Source: the human T2T-CHM13v2.0 reference genome, Homo sapiens
Length of the DNA: 64,000 nucleotides
Direction: 5' to 3' (one strand)
Assembly: GCF_009914755.1 (NCBI RefSeq)
Contig: NC_060933.1
The notes below the pieces were generated by a model. The model was not told the origin of the DNA. It did no database searches and saw only the letters and a list, made by a program, of their open reading frames with translations. Shown piece by piece: positions 28,084 through 43,340 of this stretch; positions within the stretch are counted from its first letter, which is position 1; each line of letters opens with the position of its first letter. A program made the position numbers and the translations under genes.

Positions 28084-29049
28084 TGAGGTGGTGAGACCAA
28101 TTCACCTGGAAGTGGAAGCTGGGAACTTGGTTTGAGTTCTGAGGGTTCTGGGGTCTCGCCCCTTATCTTGCTTTGCCTGGAGGGCTGAAGGGCTGGAAAT
28201 ACTTTTGTTTTGGGGCTGGAACCAGGACTGCAGTTTGGGAGCCGGTGCTAGGTTGGAAGAGGAGGCGGGGTCTGGTAAGCACTTTAGCCGAATTGAGCAG
28301 TGGGAATTAGGGAATTGAGGGCAGTGGGAAGCTGGTTCTGAGTTTTAAACTGGGGAGTGACAGATCAGAGCTGGATTTTTAGGAGTTTCTCTGTTTGGGG
28401 GTTTAGAAAAGACCCAGGTGGGAGGTAGGGCTGGGGTGGGGAGGGAGAGAAGTGGACGATCTGAGAGCTGAGGTGGGGTGGAAGGAGAGCAGCGTGTCAC
28501 GGGCTCGGGATTCCGGCCCAGGCGGCCAGGTGGACGGAGATAAAGATGCGCTTCTTCATCCGAACTGGGTTTGCTAACCTGTGACTGTCACCACTCCATG
28601 CTCCAGGGCACCTGGCCCAAGGGATCCGGCCTCTTGGGCACACAAATCCATATGGAGCCCTGAAGGACCAGACAGGGACCTTGCCTTCTCTGTGTCCTTC
28701 CTGGGAAGGGGACTCCAGACCAACTGCCAGTCTTCCGGTTCCACCTCTCTGACAACCGCTCACCTCACCCTCCTTGGCATTTTTATTTCAAATGCTCTAT
28801 CCCTTTGTTTGCATGGGTTCCTGTGTCATATTCTGTGTTCCCATTTTTAATTGGAGAATAAGGGACTGTATGTTATTCTACCCACAGGCCTAGCTGAGGG
28901 GATAGGGAGGCCATGCCTACCTCCAAGGCTCTAAGAAGTGAAGCAGGCGGCGAGAATGTGCAGTCGTTGAGGCCAGAGGACCGGGCCTCAGCTTCTCCTT
29001 AAGCCCCTGAGTCCTCCTCTGGGGACCACCCCCTTGTACCTGGAGGTGA

Positions 29050-30600
29050 AAATGCCCGCCCAGGAGGGAAGGGCTGGCCCCCGGAGAGCCCGCTGCGAAG
29101 TGAGTTTGCGCACTGCGGAGCGGGCGCGGGTGACTCCAGAGCGGCCCTGCCAGTCCGCGGGGCTGGCGGGGAGCAGGTTCGTGCACCGCGGGCTCTGTGC
29201 ATGCAGAGGCGGGAAGAGCCCCCAGCCCGGCAGCCGGCCCCGCGGGAAGGCGCAGCCCGGGCTTCCGAACCCTGTGAACGCGCAGGTTCCTGGTCTTCCA
29301 GATGGGCAGGAATCGTCCTGCCCGCCCGGGGTGGGAGGCCACATGGGGGCACTGCGCCCGGGCGCGGCCCCAGGTGCTTTCCAAATGCCCACTGCCGCTC
29401 TCATCCGTACCAGCGATGATCAAGAAGGGGCCTGGTCGCCCGGGGAGGTGCCCCGGCCCGAATCGACTCCGGAGACAACGCCGGGCGACGCCACCTGCGC
29501 AGGTCCCGGAGGGCCGCTGGTGTCTGTGTACAGGGCGTGCTGTCTGTGGAAACGCGAGGGCACACTAGCACTTTCCTGTATGTATTATTATACTTCAGTT
29601 TTTAGGAAGTGCATTAGAAGGGCCTGCACCAGTCAAATTCGGGGATTAAAGCTTTTAAGCGGGAAGCGCGCGCCCCGTGCTGTCCCTTTAAAGCGTTGGG
29701 CCGGCCCGAGGCATTCTGGCCGCTGTCGCTGCCCGTAGCGCTCCTCCGAGAGGCCGGCTTTGTGAGCTCGCCCCGCCCCCCGGACACCGCCCCCTCCCCT
29801 CGCGCACGCGCACTGCGCCCCCGCCGCCTGGCGCCCGCCCGAGCTGCCGCCTTGTCGAGCTGAGTCCGCGCTCCCGCCCAGGCGGCGGCCGACGCGACGC
29901 CCCGAGCGCCCGGCCCCGCCGCCGCGGCCCGGCAGGTAAGCGGGCAGCCGCCCGGCCCGGGGAACACAAGGCGGGCAGCGGGGCGGCGCCAGAAGCTTCC
30001 AAACCGCACCCGGCCGCCGCACGTGTTCCCCGCCGGGCCTCGGGCCAGGCCCAGCCCCGGGCGCTGCTCCCGCTGCAGCGGCCCCGCCCGGGACCCCCGC
30101 CCCGGCCCCTCGGTGGACGGCCGCGCGCGCAGTTCCCTCCACCCGGTCCGCCCCCACTCGCGCCCCCACCTCCGCCTCCCCGGCGGACCGCTGACAAGGC
30201 CAGAGGGCCGGCACTGGGTCCTCTTTCCCGCAGGCAGCGTGCCCGGCCTCACATCGCCCCTCTCCCTCCACTGCCCCTTCAGGGAAGGACCCCAGACCCA
30301 CCAAGCCACTCAGTCCCTGGACGAGGTGCGCTTCCCCTCCTCGTAGAAACGCCCCCAGCCCGCTCCCGCCGCTCACCCCAACCCGAGGCAGCCAGGCTGC
30401 AGCTCGCTAGGTGGGGTCCTGGGGTGCGGGTCCTCGGTCCTGAACGGTAGGCCCACCGTGCCTCCTCGCGCGGGGCCGCAGACCTGTCCTGGCCGGTCTG
30501 CGAGAGCCATTTTGAGCGGTTACGTTCCCGGACCAAACAGAGGTCGGCCTGTTACATCGCTAACGACACTCCCTGCTGTCTCGCTTGCAAGTTTCCACTC
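29050..30600. promoter_or_regulatory. WDR5: CpG island / TATA-less WDR5 promoter
   Basis: Very GC/CpG-rich; GC box CCCCGCCCCC 29771-29780, NRF1-like GCGCACGCGC 29802-29811, E2F-like GCGGGAA 29659-29665, E-box CACGTG 30020-30025. Confidence 0.9.
29823..29935 (+). other. WDR5: WDR5 exon 1 (non-coding; start approximate)
   Basis: Ends in consensus donor CAG|GTAAGC at 29935/29936 inside the CpG island; matches my recollection of the WDR5 mRNA leader. Confidence 0.8.
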
Positions 30601-33600
30601 ACCCCGGTCCGTTTACCCATCTCCTCAAATGCTAGTTTAATCTGTGACCTGGGCAGGTGCTGTCCTAGCCGGTGGGGAAGACAGGAAAGCGAAGGACCCA
30701 GGCGGGGAGCCTGTCCAGGATCTCAGATAGGGAGAGCCAGGTCCCCACCTCTGTTGGGCCGGCCACCCGGCTGGTGTTTAAGATGCAGATTAATTCCTGT
30801 CTTTGCACACAGTATGCTTTTCTGACTGCATGTCACAGGCAGATTCCTGGGCTCCACCTCAGGGACTGAGGGACTCAGGAATCGGCCTGTGGCATGCAGT
30901 CCAGGAGGGCACACTGAGGTTTGGTTGCTCGGCTTCAGGTGGTCAGGCTTACCTGGATGAAAAGCAGTGGCTGCTAGGAGGAGCCAGGCAGCATCTGGTC
31001 TAGGGGCCGCCAATTCATCACCGTTCCCGTAACCTTGGCCCCCGCTTTCCTCAAGATCAAGTCTCCAACCTTCCTGTTCTCTCAAAAGGATTGTTCCACA
31101 GAGACACCTGAGTGTTCATGAAAATGCCAAGCCTTGGCCCGGCGCGGTGGCTCACGCCTGTAATCCTAGCACTTTGGGAGGCTGAGGCGGGCGGATTGCC
31201 TGAGGTCAGGAGTTCGAGACTAGCCTGGGCAACATGGCGAAACTCCGTCTCTACTAAAAATACAAAAGATTGGCCGGTCGTAGTGGTACGCGCCTGTAAT
31301 CCCGGCTAAACTGGAGGCTGAGGCGCAAGAATTACTTGAACCCGGAAGGTGGAGGTTGTAGTGAGCCCAGATCGTGCACCTGGACTCTTTGGACTGTGTC
31401 TCAAAAAAAAAAAAAAAAAACAAAAAAAAAACACGCCAAGCCTAGACCCCACCGACGTAGAAACTTGGTGGGTGTGTTGGGTCAAGAAATTGCATTCCCC
31501 GCCACCCCCCGACGGAGTTTCACTCTTTGGCCCAGGCTGGAGTGCAGTGGCGCAATCTTGGTTCTGCCTTCTGGTTTCAAGTGATTCTCCTGCCTCAGCC
31601 TCCCGAGTAGCTGGGATTACAGGGACCGACCACCACACCCGGCTAATTTCTGTATTTTTAGTAGGGAGGGGGTTTCTCCATGCTGGTCAGGCTGGTCTTG
31701 AACTTCCTGACCTCGTGATCTGCCCACCTCAGCCTCCCAAAGTGCTGAGATTACAGGCGTCAGCCACTGTGCCCAGCCATCATATTCTTAAAAGTCAAGT
31801 TAAGGTTGTTTTGTTTGTTTCTTTTACATGTTCATGTTTTTTGAGCCCAAAGGTTGGGGCAGGTTGGGCTTGAGCTGGGAGGGGCTGGACACCTTTTTTG
31901 TAAGACCGCCTATCTGTTGTTCCTCCTCTGAGGGTGTTTCCAGGCGTCTAGACTCACCCAGGTGAGTTGATGCTGACAGGAGCTGCTCGGCCTTCTGAGC
32001 TGCCTATTTCGCCTTCTGTTCCTCTGGTGTTTCGCTTGGGTAGGGCATGGGCACAGTTCACTCAGCTCTGGCCCTGGCCTGGCCTGGCTGTCTAACGCTA
32101 GGACTGTTATAGTGGACTTTGCAGCTTTTTGCTTGGATTTCCTTAGTTCCTCTCTCTCCCTGTATTTGTCCAGCCTGCCAAGGAAAATGCAGCAGTTGGG
32201 TTAAATTGGCATGGCTAGGTTGCACTAATGACAAGTACCACGTAGCTGGCATTTACCGAGGACCGGTTTTGTACTGGCACTTTGTCCCCTGGGCAGCGCT
32301 ACAGGGCCTGCCCCTCCTCTCCCCCTCTCTTGTACTGTACTCGGCCCTAGATGCAGCGTGATCCATCTTTGCGCAGGGAATCTTTGCTGCAGGTGAAATG
32401 GAGCGGTGGCCACACCTGTTCTCTGCAAAGTGGGTGTTGTAATTTCTCTGCCTTCCTCTTGGATGAAGACTTTGAGACATGCTTTTTAATGCCTTCCATT
32501 TCGCGTTAGTGTTACAATCAGCCTGTGCAAGATTTCAGTTCCAAGCTCCAAGCTAGAATTTACAGTGTGTAAACTCATTAGATTGATGGTAGTGCTAGCT
32601 TCTGGGATTCCGATGGCCAGTGGTATTTGCAAGCATGTCTCAGTGGCTTTCCCTTTTAAAAATGCTGTCCCTCCTTTCCAAGTAACCTGTTGTGCTTTTA
32701 TGAGATGTATTGAAGTAATGAATCTATTCCCATGGTAGAGGAAACTAGCTGCTTACTGTACAGATTTGGGATAATTTTCATTGTCAAGGTGAAACCGATT
32801 GAACTGCAGTCTTTTTTCGTTCCCCTGCAGTGTGAGTCCTGCTCGTAGAATATCGTTGGTGTACTTGAGGCTGCTTTTCCAGAAGGCAGGATGTGGAAAT
32901 TCCAGCAGGCAGAGCTGCCTCTGGCTTGCTCTCATCTCTGTGTTTTGTGGCTCCTCACTGAGTGCGCGAGCCCTGTGAGCTGTTAGCATGCTGGAAGGCA
33001 GCCTCGGGCCAGCAGCCTGTGCATGGAGGCACTGGAGCCCCCCCATGAGGCGTAGACCACTGGGTGCCCGTGCTTGTGTTTTCAAACGTGGCTGTGAACG
33101 TGATTGCGTCACTTGGGGTGCATTTTAGGATTTGGATGTGATCCCAAATGTCTACACCCTGAAGCTCAGTCTTCTGTCATTTGGCGTGTTAGCTTTCTGT
33201 CAGGAAACCTTTTGCTGTTCTTTTTTTAATGTGTCCAGGGCTCTTTGAAGAAAACTGCATTTTGTTTGCACAAACTGCTGCATTCTTACAGACTTCTGGA
33301 TAACAAAATAAGAAGCACGCTTGAGGGTGGGGTCTTTCATTATGATGACAAAAGGGGAGAGAGCAGGGGTGTCAGCAGAGCAGCTGGAAAGTATTAGCAA
33401 GGACTTAGGGGAATTAATAGGGTCCTCAATTTGGAATGGTTTGTTTGCTACAGGGCTCAATATGGTAGTCAAATGTTTTTCTTTTCATCCTTTTTCTTGG
33501 AAATCAATTTTTTAAAATATAGTTTGTTTCTTGGCTCCCTGTTCTGCATCTCGCTCAACAGACTGCCTCTGTCACCGGGTCCCTCCACCCTTGTCTCCTG

Positions 33601-33619
33601 TGCGGCCAGCGTCAGAGCC

Positions 33620-33700
33620 ATGGCGACGGAGGAGAAGAAGCCTGAGACCGAGGCCGCCAGAGCACAGCCAACCCCTTCGTCATCCGCCACTCAGAGCAAG
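33620..33700 (+). CDS. WDR5: WDR5 exon 2 coding part (exon starts 33562): MATEEKKPETEAARAQPTPSSSATQSK
   Basis: Kozak GCCATGG; acceptor CAACAG ending 33561; donor AAG|GTGCGT. Confidence 0.97.
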
Positions 33701-34417
33701 GTGCGTGCCCAGGGGCCCCTTGGACACCTTCCGGGGGCAAATACGCTTAGAGAGTCTCGGAAACATCTCAAGCTCATAAGCCTAGTCTTCCCTACTCAGT
33801 TAAATGTCACTGCTAATTTTTATTTACTGACCGCATATCTGGCGAATGCTTGTTGCCTGCTGTGTCAGGGATCCCAAATCTGTCACCTGGAGGAGAGAGC
33901 CTTTTATCAAAAATACAGATTCTTGGTTCTGATTGTAAGAGTCTCTGTAGGAACCAGAAAACATCTCTTTATAGTTGCCCCCACCCTGGCTGCGATCCTG
34001 ACGCACAGGCAGTTCTGCAAGCCCTCCCGTAGACCTTTAGCAAAGGGAGCAGGGCTTCAGTGTTCGGGGTCGGAGGGTGGGGCGCTGGACCAAGGCCAGA
34101 GCTGGTGGGGGCCTCCTGTGCTGTAGCAGGATCACAGGTGGGATTGAGGTGGGGGGATGAGGTGGATTGAGGGGGGCCTCACGTTTCTGGCTCGGCTGGT
34201 GCTGTTGGTGCTGAGTTTGGAGACTACAGAAGAGGAGGTCTTGTGGGGAAGTAGTGGGCTCAGATTCAGATGTGTTCCACTTGAAAGGTACTGTCCACAT
34301 AGAGATTGGTGGAAGGCACTGGGCATGTGGATTTGGAGCTCTAAAGATCTGAGCTGAAATTAAATGGTGGGAGTCAAAATCCAAACTGGTCACGGGTGGA
34401 ACGTACAGTGGTGGTGA

Positions 34418-34558
<141 letters not shown>

Positions 34559-34862
34559 TAGCACTGAGGCCCTTAGCTGCTGGGAGAGGCGGTCTGAGCT
34601 GCAGACAAAAAGCTGGCGAGGGGATGGCTTGCTTCCTCACCTACCGCTGGGGAGACGTAGCAGGCCGCTGGGGGGCACGTAGCAGGCGGGTGTGTCTCCT
34701 CCTGGAACTGTGAGCTCAGTGCTGGTTGAAATTGCCCGTGGGGGGCCAGGCGTGGTGGCTCATGCCTGTAATCTCAGCACTTTGGGAGGCAGAGGCAGGC
34801 GGATCACGAGGTCAGGAGTTCGAGAGCAGCCTGGCCAATATGGTGAAACCCTGTCTCTATTA

Positions 34863-35346
<484 letters not shown>

Positions 35347-35516
35347 TGAAGTTGACTGTTGAACAGGGTGGCTCTAGTGATCAAGGGGTCAGGGCTGCTT
35401 CGAGAGCTGTGGGTTCAGGTTTTAAGTTTTCCCCGTTTTTTAATTTTTTTATAGTTATTTGCATCTTGAACTTTTAACCCAAATAACATTTGACTTCCAT
35501 GGAGGAGTGTCTGTGA

Positions 35517-35852
<336 letters not shown>

Positions 35853-36074
35853 TGACTGCTCAGTAAGCAACACTCAGCGCTCCTCTCCAGGGAAGACTGG
35901 CTGCAGGGGCATGGGGCAGGGGTGGGTGGGGGAGGCCGAGTTGACTTCGGGGAACAGCAAGTCACTGGCGGGGCATCAGGCATGCTTTGGGATGTCAGAC
36001 ATTGATGAATGTGACCTGACTCTTACGTTTGGGGAAATAAGCACTGGAATAATCCTAATAATACTCTGTTATAG

Positions 36075-36263
<189 letters not shown>

Positions 36264-36350
36264 TGAGTCCTTTCTGTGCTGTTTGTGGGGAGGATGGGCT
36301 GATAGCAGGTCTTAGGTTCTGGGGAGGTTTGTCCCCTCTCCTTCCTGTAA

Positions 36351-36509
<159 letters not shown>

Positions 36510-37000
36510 TGACATCGGATGTGGCCAGCTGTCTCCCTGAGGGGCGTAAGCCTGGCCATGGCCTGTGCCTAGCTGATTCCTGCTGTCATGCCACAGTCTA
36601 GAGCAATCAGGTTGGAGGCTGGGACTTGAGAAATGAGTCCTGTGTGCAGTGGAGGGATGGCGAGGGGGTGGTGAGGTGTCAGTGGGGTGCCCTGTGATGA
36701 GCACCAAGGGGCCGTTTGTGCAGACTTGGGGGCAGTGGCCACAGGCGTTCAGGAGGTAGTGTACCCTGAACTGATGCACGGGACAGGAAGGGCGGCCAGG
36801 CTGGGAAGGGCACTGGGAGTGGTGGGAGCACAGGTGAAGTGTGAGTTTTGAGTGGAGTTAGCTTTGATGGGCGGGCTGGGTGGGGATGGCCCAGTCCTGG
36901 TGGGACGTGTTGGAGGCTGGAGCTCTCCGGAGAGCGGGCCTTGCACAGGGACACGTCCTGCCATTTTGCTGTTGCCACTGTGCAAACCAAACGGCCGAGA

Positions 37001-37586
37001 GGCCGGGCGCGGCGGCTCACGCCTGCAATCCCAGCACTTTGGGAGGCCGAGGCGGGTGGATCACTTGAGGTCAGAAGTTTGAGACCAGCCTGGCCAACAT
37101 GGTGAAACCCCGTCTCTACTAAAAATACAAAAATCAGCTGGACGTGGTGGCGCGTGCCTGGAATCCCAGCTCCTGGGGAGGCTGAGGCCAGAGAATCACT
37201 TGAACCTGGGAAGCGGAGGTTGCAGTGAGCCGAGATCGCACCACTGCCTGGGTGACGAGAGCGAAACTCTGTCTTTTTTTTTTTTTGAGACTGAGTCTCG
37301 CTCTGTTGCCCAGGCTGGAGTGCAGTGTTGCGATCTCGGCTCACTGCAAGCTCCGCCTCCCGGGTTCATGCCATTCTCCTGCCTCAGCCTCTCCGAGTAG
37401 TTGAGACTACAGGCGCCCACCACCATGCCTGGCTAATTTTTTGTATTTTTAGTAGAGACGGGGTTTCACCGTGGTTTCGATCTCCTGAGCTCGTGATCCT
37501 CCCGCCTTGGCCTCCCAAAATGCTGGGATTACAAGTGTGAGTCACTGCGCCCGGCCAAAACTCTGTCTTAAAAAAAAAAAAAAAAA
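37001..37586. mobile_element. Nested inverted Alu pair: + Alu (from 37001) with a - Alu (~37274-37556) inserted just before its tail
   Basis: TSD AAACTCTGTCTT at 37264-37275 and 37558-37569; host poly(A) resumes at 37570. Confidence 0.9.
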
Positions 37587-38742
37587 TCAAGAACAAATGG
37601 CCAAGAGTTAAACTACACAGTATCATAAACCGCTCCATTTCACAAAGTGGCCAGAAAGTTCTTTTGTTAACAAAGTGCATGAGGTAGTTTCTTGGCCAAT
37701 CCTGCCCTTCGTTGAGAAGCGGAAGGAAGGGTGGATGCAGCATTTGTCCCATGCTGCCTGCCCGTGTGCCTTTCACTTTGTGCCATCTTGGCGGTGAATG
37801 GGTTTAAGCATTTTTACCCTTGGAAGGCTTTGCCCGAGTGAGATGGCAGGCGAAGCCCTGATACTGCCCGGACGGACAGTGTGTCAGGCCTGGGCGGGGC
37901 TGCGGGGTCTGAGCCCCGCACATAGCTGGGCCACAAGACCCTCGCGGGCCCAGTGTCACTGCTGCGGGGAGGCCGTTTGCTGTGGGGATGGCACCATGTG
38001 GCCCTGTGCTTGTGGCTGTGTGCTTGCGGGCCCAGCCCCTTGGTGCCAGTCCACTGCCCTCCAGGACACCTTGGGTCATAGTCAGCAGAGCTGACCTTCA
38101 GACTGGGGCTGACAAATGAACGCTTGTGAAGTAACCTGAGAAAGGGGTTCGCTGGTGGCCTTTGAGTTGGAAGAAAGAATTCTGTGAGCATCCTAGAGGC
38201 CAAAGATAGCGCAGGTGGGACTCGCGGTTGATAGGTAGGATTTTAAAAGTCTTTTTTTCTTACGAAAGTCACGTTTGCTCATAAAAAAACACAAAAACAG
38301 GTTGGGTGCCATGTCTCCCACCTGTAATTCCAGCACTTTGGGTGGCTGAGGCAGGAGGATCCCATGAGACTAGGAGTTTGAGACCATCCTGGACAACATA
38401 GTGAGATCCTGTCTCTATACAAAAAGCAAAAATTAGCCAGGCGTAGTGATGCGCACGTGTGGTCCCAGCTACTTGGAGGACGGTGGGAGGATTGCTTGGG
38501 CCCAGGAGTTTGAGGCTGCAGTGAGCAAGATGGTACCACTGCACTCCAGCCTGGGTGACAGAGTGAGACCCCATGTCTTAAAAAAACCACAAAGGTGAGC
38601 AAATGTAGGAAGTAGAAAATGAATTCCCTGAGCCACCCCTGGGGTCAGCTGCCAGGAGGTGGAGTCGGTCCCTCTGTGGTCTTCTACTTTGCTTTTTTAG
38701 GTGCATATTTTCCAGGGTAGCTCACTCCTGTCCTTTAAATAA

Positions 38743-39252
<510 letters not shown>

Positions 39253-39345
39253 TAATTCTCACTTTGACAAAAAGGAGTGCAGTGAGCATCCTGTTTGCAT
39301 CTGTGGCCGTTTGTGCGGGATGGCTTTGGAGGGGAAATGCAGTAG

Positions 39346-39894
<549 letters not shown>

Positions 39895-40784
39895 TAGTAG
39901 AGATGGGGTTTCACCGTGTTAGCCGGGATGGTCTCGATCTCCTGACCTCATAATCCGCCCACCTCGGCCTCCTGAAGTGCTGGGTCTTTTTTTTTTTTTG
40001 AGACAGGGTCTCACTCTGTTGCCCAAGCTGGAATACAGTGACGCGATCTTGGCTCACTGCAACCTCCGCCTCCTGGGTTAAAGTGATTCTCCTGCCTCAG
40101 CCCCCCAAGTAGCTGGGACTACAGGTTCATGCCACCACGCCTGGTTAAGTTTTGTATTTTTTTGTAGAGACAAGGTTTCACCATGTTGGCCAGGCTGGTC
40201 TCGAATTCCTGGCCTCAAGTGATCCGCCCACCTTGATTTCCTAAAATGCTGGGATTACAGGCGTAAGCCACCGCGCCCGGCCTCCCTTATCTACCTCCTC
40301 GAAGTTAACTTTTCTGGCAGCCTTCTGCTGGAGTGCAGTGGATGGGCTGTATTGCCCCTTGCACCTGAATGTGGGTGGAATGGTAGAGCCAGGCCATGTT
40401 TGCCAGTGGGTAGTATTTGGATGTGGTTAAGAAGCTGAACAAAGCAAAGCATGGAGTTGGCCTTGTGAGTTTTGGGGACTTGTTTTGTCTTGTTACTGTT
40501 ACATCCATCGTAATAGTCTCAATAAGAGACTGTTTTGCACATTTAAAGGTAGGGATGAATGTGGTTAGATGGATCACTGTGAGTTAGAAAAGTACTTTGA
40601 GAGGCTGCCGGCCAGATGGTTGCAGTGAAGCAGCTGGCACGGTGAGAGCACCCTGTTGGAGCAGAAACAGGTACTCACCCCTCTGTGTCTGCTGGAGAAC
40701 ATCTAGGGCTGCAGTACCCAGCATGCCCAGCATAGAGGCTGCCAGCCGCATGATGGCCCAGAGCTCAGGGCTGTGTGAGGTACC

Positions 40785-41322
40785 TGCAGATTTCAGAGAC
40801 CTGGCACAAAAAAAGAAAGTAAAGTGTCTTGTAATAACTTTTTGTGTTGATTATGTTGAAATAATATTTTAGATACATTGGGTTACATGTTACCAAAGTA
40901 ATTTCACTTGTCTTTTAAGCTTTTCTAATGTAGCTTCTAGAACAATTAAAATTACACGTGTGGCTGGCAGGCTCTTGCAGAGTCTAGCCTAGTGCTTCTC
41001 TGGGCGTGCAGCAGCAGGCAGCATGCCCCGGGGACCTGTTCGAAATTTATGTTCTTGGACTCCCCCTCCTGGACTGGTCAAATCAGAAGCCCTGGGGATG
41101 GGGCCTAGCAGTCTCTGCCATAGTAGCTCACCGGTGCCTTTGATGCATGTGGATTTGCCTCTGGGGACACATGGCAATGTCTGGAGACATTTTTAGTTGT
41201 CAGAGCTATAGGCATCTAGTGAGCAAAGGACAAGGTTGCCACTGCACAGGGGCAGTACCACCCTGTCCCCCCCGGAAGAGTCTGGTCTAAAATGTCAGTG
41301 GTGCCAAGGCTGGGAAACTGCT
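40785..41322. mobile_element. Cluster of hAT-Charlie DNA transposon relics (MER33-, MER5A- and MER20-like)
   Basis: Recognisable motifs: AATTAAAATTACACGTGTGGCT (MER33-like), AATCAGAAGCCCTGGGGATGGGGCCTAGCA (MER5A-like), GGCAATGTCTGGAGACATTTTTAGTTGTCA...AAATGTCAGTGGTGCCAAGG (MER20). Confidence 0.7.
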
Positions 41323-41740
41323 TCTACTAGACAGTAGAAGCAGACAACCTCAGTCCCATCCCCGAATCATTAAACCACGGCTTCCTTGTGTGGCTTGATT
41401 TCACCCAGGAAATGTTTCAGCACCCATAGCCTGAGACAAGATAGTTTCCAAAGGTGCTGTTTGATTGTGAGAAGGCTTATCCTTGGCTGGGTGCAGTGGC
41501 TCATGCCTGTACTCCCAGCACTTCGGAAGACCAAGGTGGGAGGATCGTGTGAGCTCAGGAGTTCGAGACCAGCCTGGGCAAGATAGGGAGACCCTGTTTC
41601 TCTTATGAAGAAAAAAAAAAGGGTGGGCGCGGTGCCTCACACCTGTAATCCCGCAGTTTGGGAAGCCAAGGCGGGTGGATCACTTGCGGTCAGGAGTTCA
41701 AGACCAGGCTGGCCAATATGGTGAAACCCCGTCTCTCCTA

Positions 41741-42028
<288 letters not shown>

Positions 42029-42032
42029 CTAG

Positions 42033-42088
42033 GTTCATTTTAATCGTGATGGATCCTTGATAGTTTCAAGTAGCTATGATGGTCTCTG
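42033..42088 (+). CDS. WDR5: WDR5 exon 8: VHFNRDGSLIVSSSYDGL(C)
   Basis: AG/GT bounded, 56 nt. Confidence 0.97.
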
Positions 42089-43169
42089 GTAAGTGAAAAC
42101 ATTTTACTTCATGAAGCGATGAGTGCTTAACTAAGGGCCAGCTCTTGCACTGTTCCTGCATCTGGGGGTACAGCAGTGACAAAAGACCCAAGTCCTTAAT
42201 TTCCAAAGCTTCTCTTCTGGCCACGCTGCAGACATGTTAGCAGATAGGCAGTGCAGTTTCGGGGTTGGCAGCACAGGTGGTGGGGCGGCATGCCTGGGAA
42301 GATGTCCTTGTTGTTAGGGTGGGTCAGGGAGGGCCTCCTCCATCAGACTTCAGCTCCGTGTAGACGCTGACGTGTGCTGTTCACACGCTCGTGGAAAATG
42401 GGTGTTTGGACCCCTTGAGGTGAAAGCTGTGCTGCTCTGGGAGGATGCTGAGTGATGCCGTCTTGCCCTGTGAGGATGCGTCACCATCCCGGGCAGGTGA
42501 ACCCAAGCAGATGGCAGCATAGAGAAGGGCAGGAGGAAGAGTGACAGGGTCTCCTGCAGAAAGCCCACCTAGGTCTCAGCAGGTGTTTGTAGTGCTTGGA
42601 CTTGGTAATCTGTGTCCAGCACTCCTCAGGAGACACAAGGGAAGTGGAGAAGTAGAGGTTAACTCAGCGAAATGTCTGATGGGAGCGAGTTGGGGGAGTG
42701 GAGTGTTTGGGTTGTGTTTTGGATGTGGGGCGGACACATCATAAGCTGTTCAGATTGGTCACTGGGGAGGAGGAGGACGGTGGCAGCCACTGGCAGAATT
42801 GAAGATCTTACTAGGACTTCCTGCAGGGAACCCTCAGGTGGACACGCACACTCGAAATCTGTTTCCCAGTCTGACTCCCCAGTGACTGTTGGCGTGGGGA
42901 TCCCCAGGGGGTCACAGTCTGTAGTCGCCATGCATGACCCCCCATCGGTCTTGAGAAGACGGGTCTGGTGGGAGAGGGTCGTAGTCGAGTTGCACCCAAC
43001 CACCGGCCTCCCATGGGCTTCACAGCACACACTTCCGGGCCATCGCCTCGCAAGGTTCAAGCTGCGGTTGCAGCACTGTGATGGCGTTTGGGGCTGAGGT
43101 CACTGGGATGTGCTGTGGCAAAAATGAGGTCATCCGGAGCCCCACATTGGCCAGTAGTCTCCACGGTTA

Positions 43170-43340
43170 AAGCCATCGTTTACACTTGACCATTTACCAG
43201 CTTATTATAAAGGATACACTTCAGGAACAGCCAGAGGGGAGGGGTGCACAGGGTGAGCTATGGGCGAGCGTGGAGCTGCCAGGGCCTCTCTGGTGCCACC
43301 CTCCCGGCCCCTCTGTGTGTGTGTCACCAACAGGGAAGTG
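43170..43340. mobile_element. MER21-like LTR fragment
   Basis: CATTTACCAGCTTATTATAAAGGATACA...GAACAGCCAGA...GCCACCCTCC motif order resembles MER21. Confidence 0.55.

Noticed and set aside
33431-34126. 231-aa ORF containing the WDR5 N-terminus
   Set aside because: Intron read-through around exon 2; only 33620-33700 is coding.
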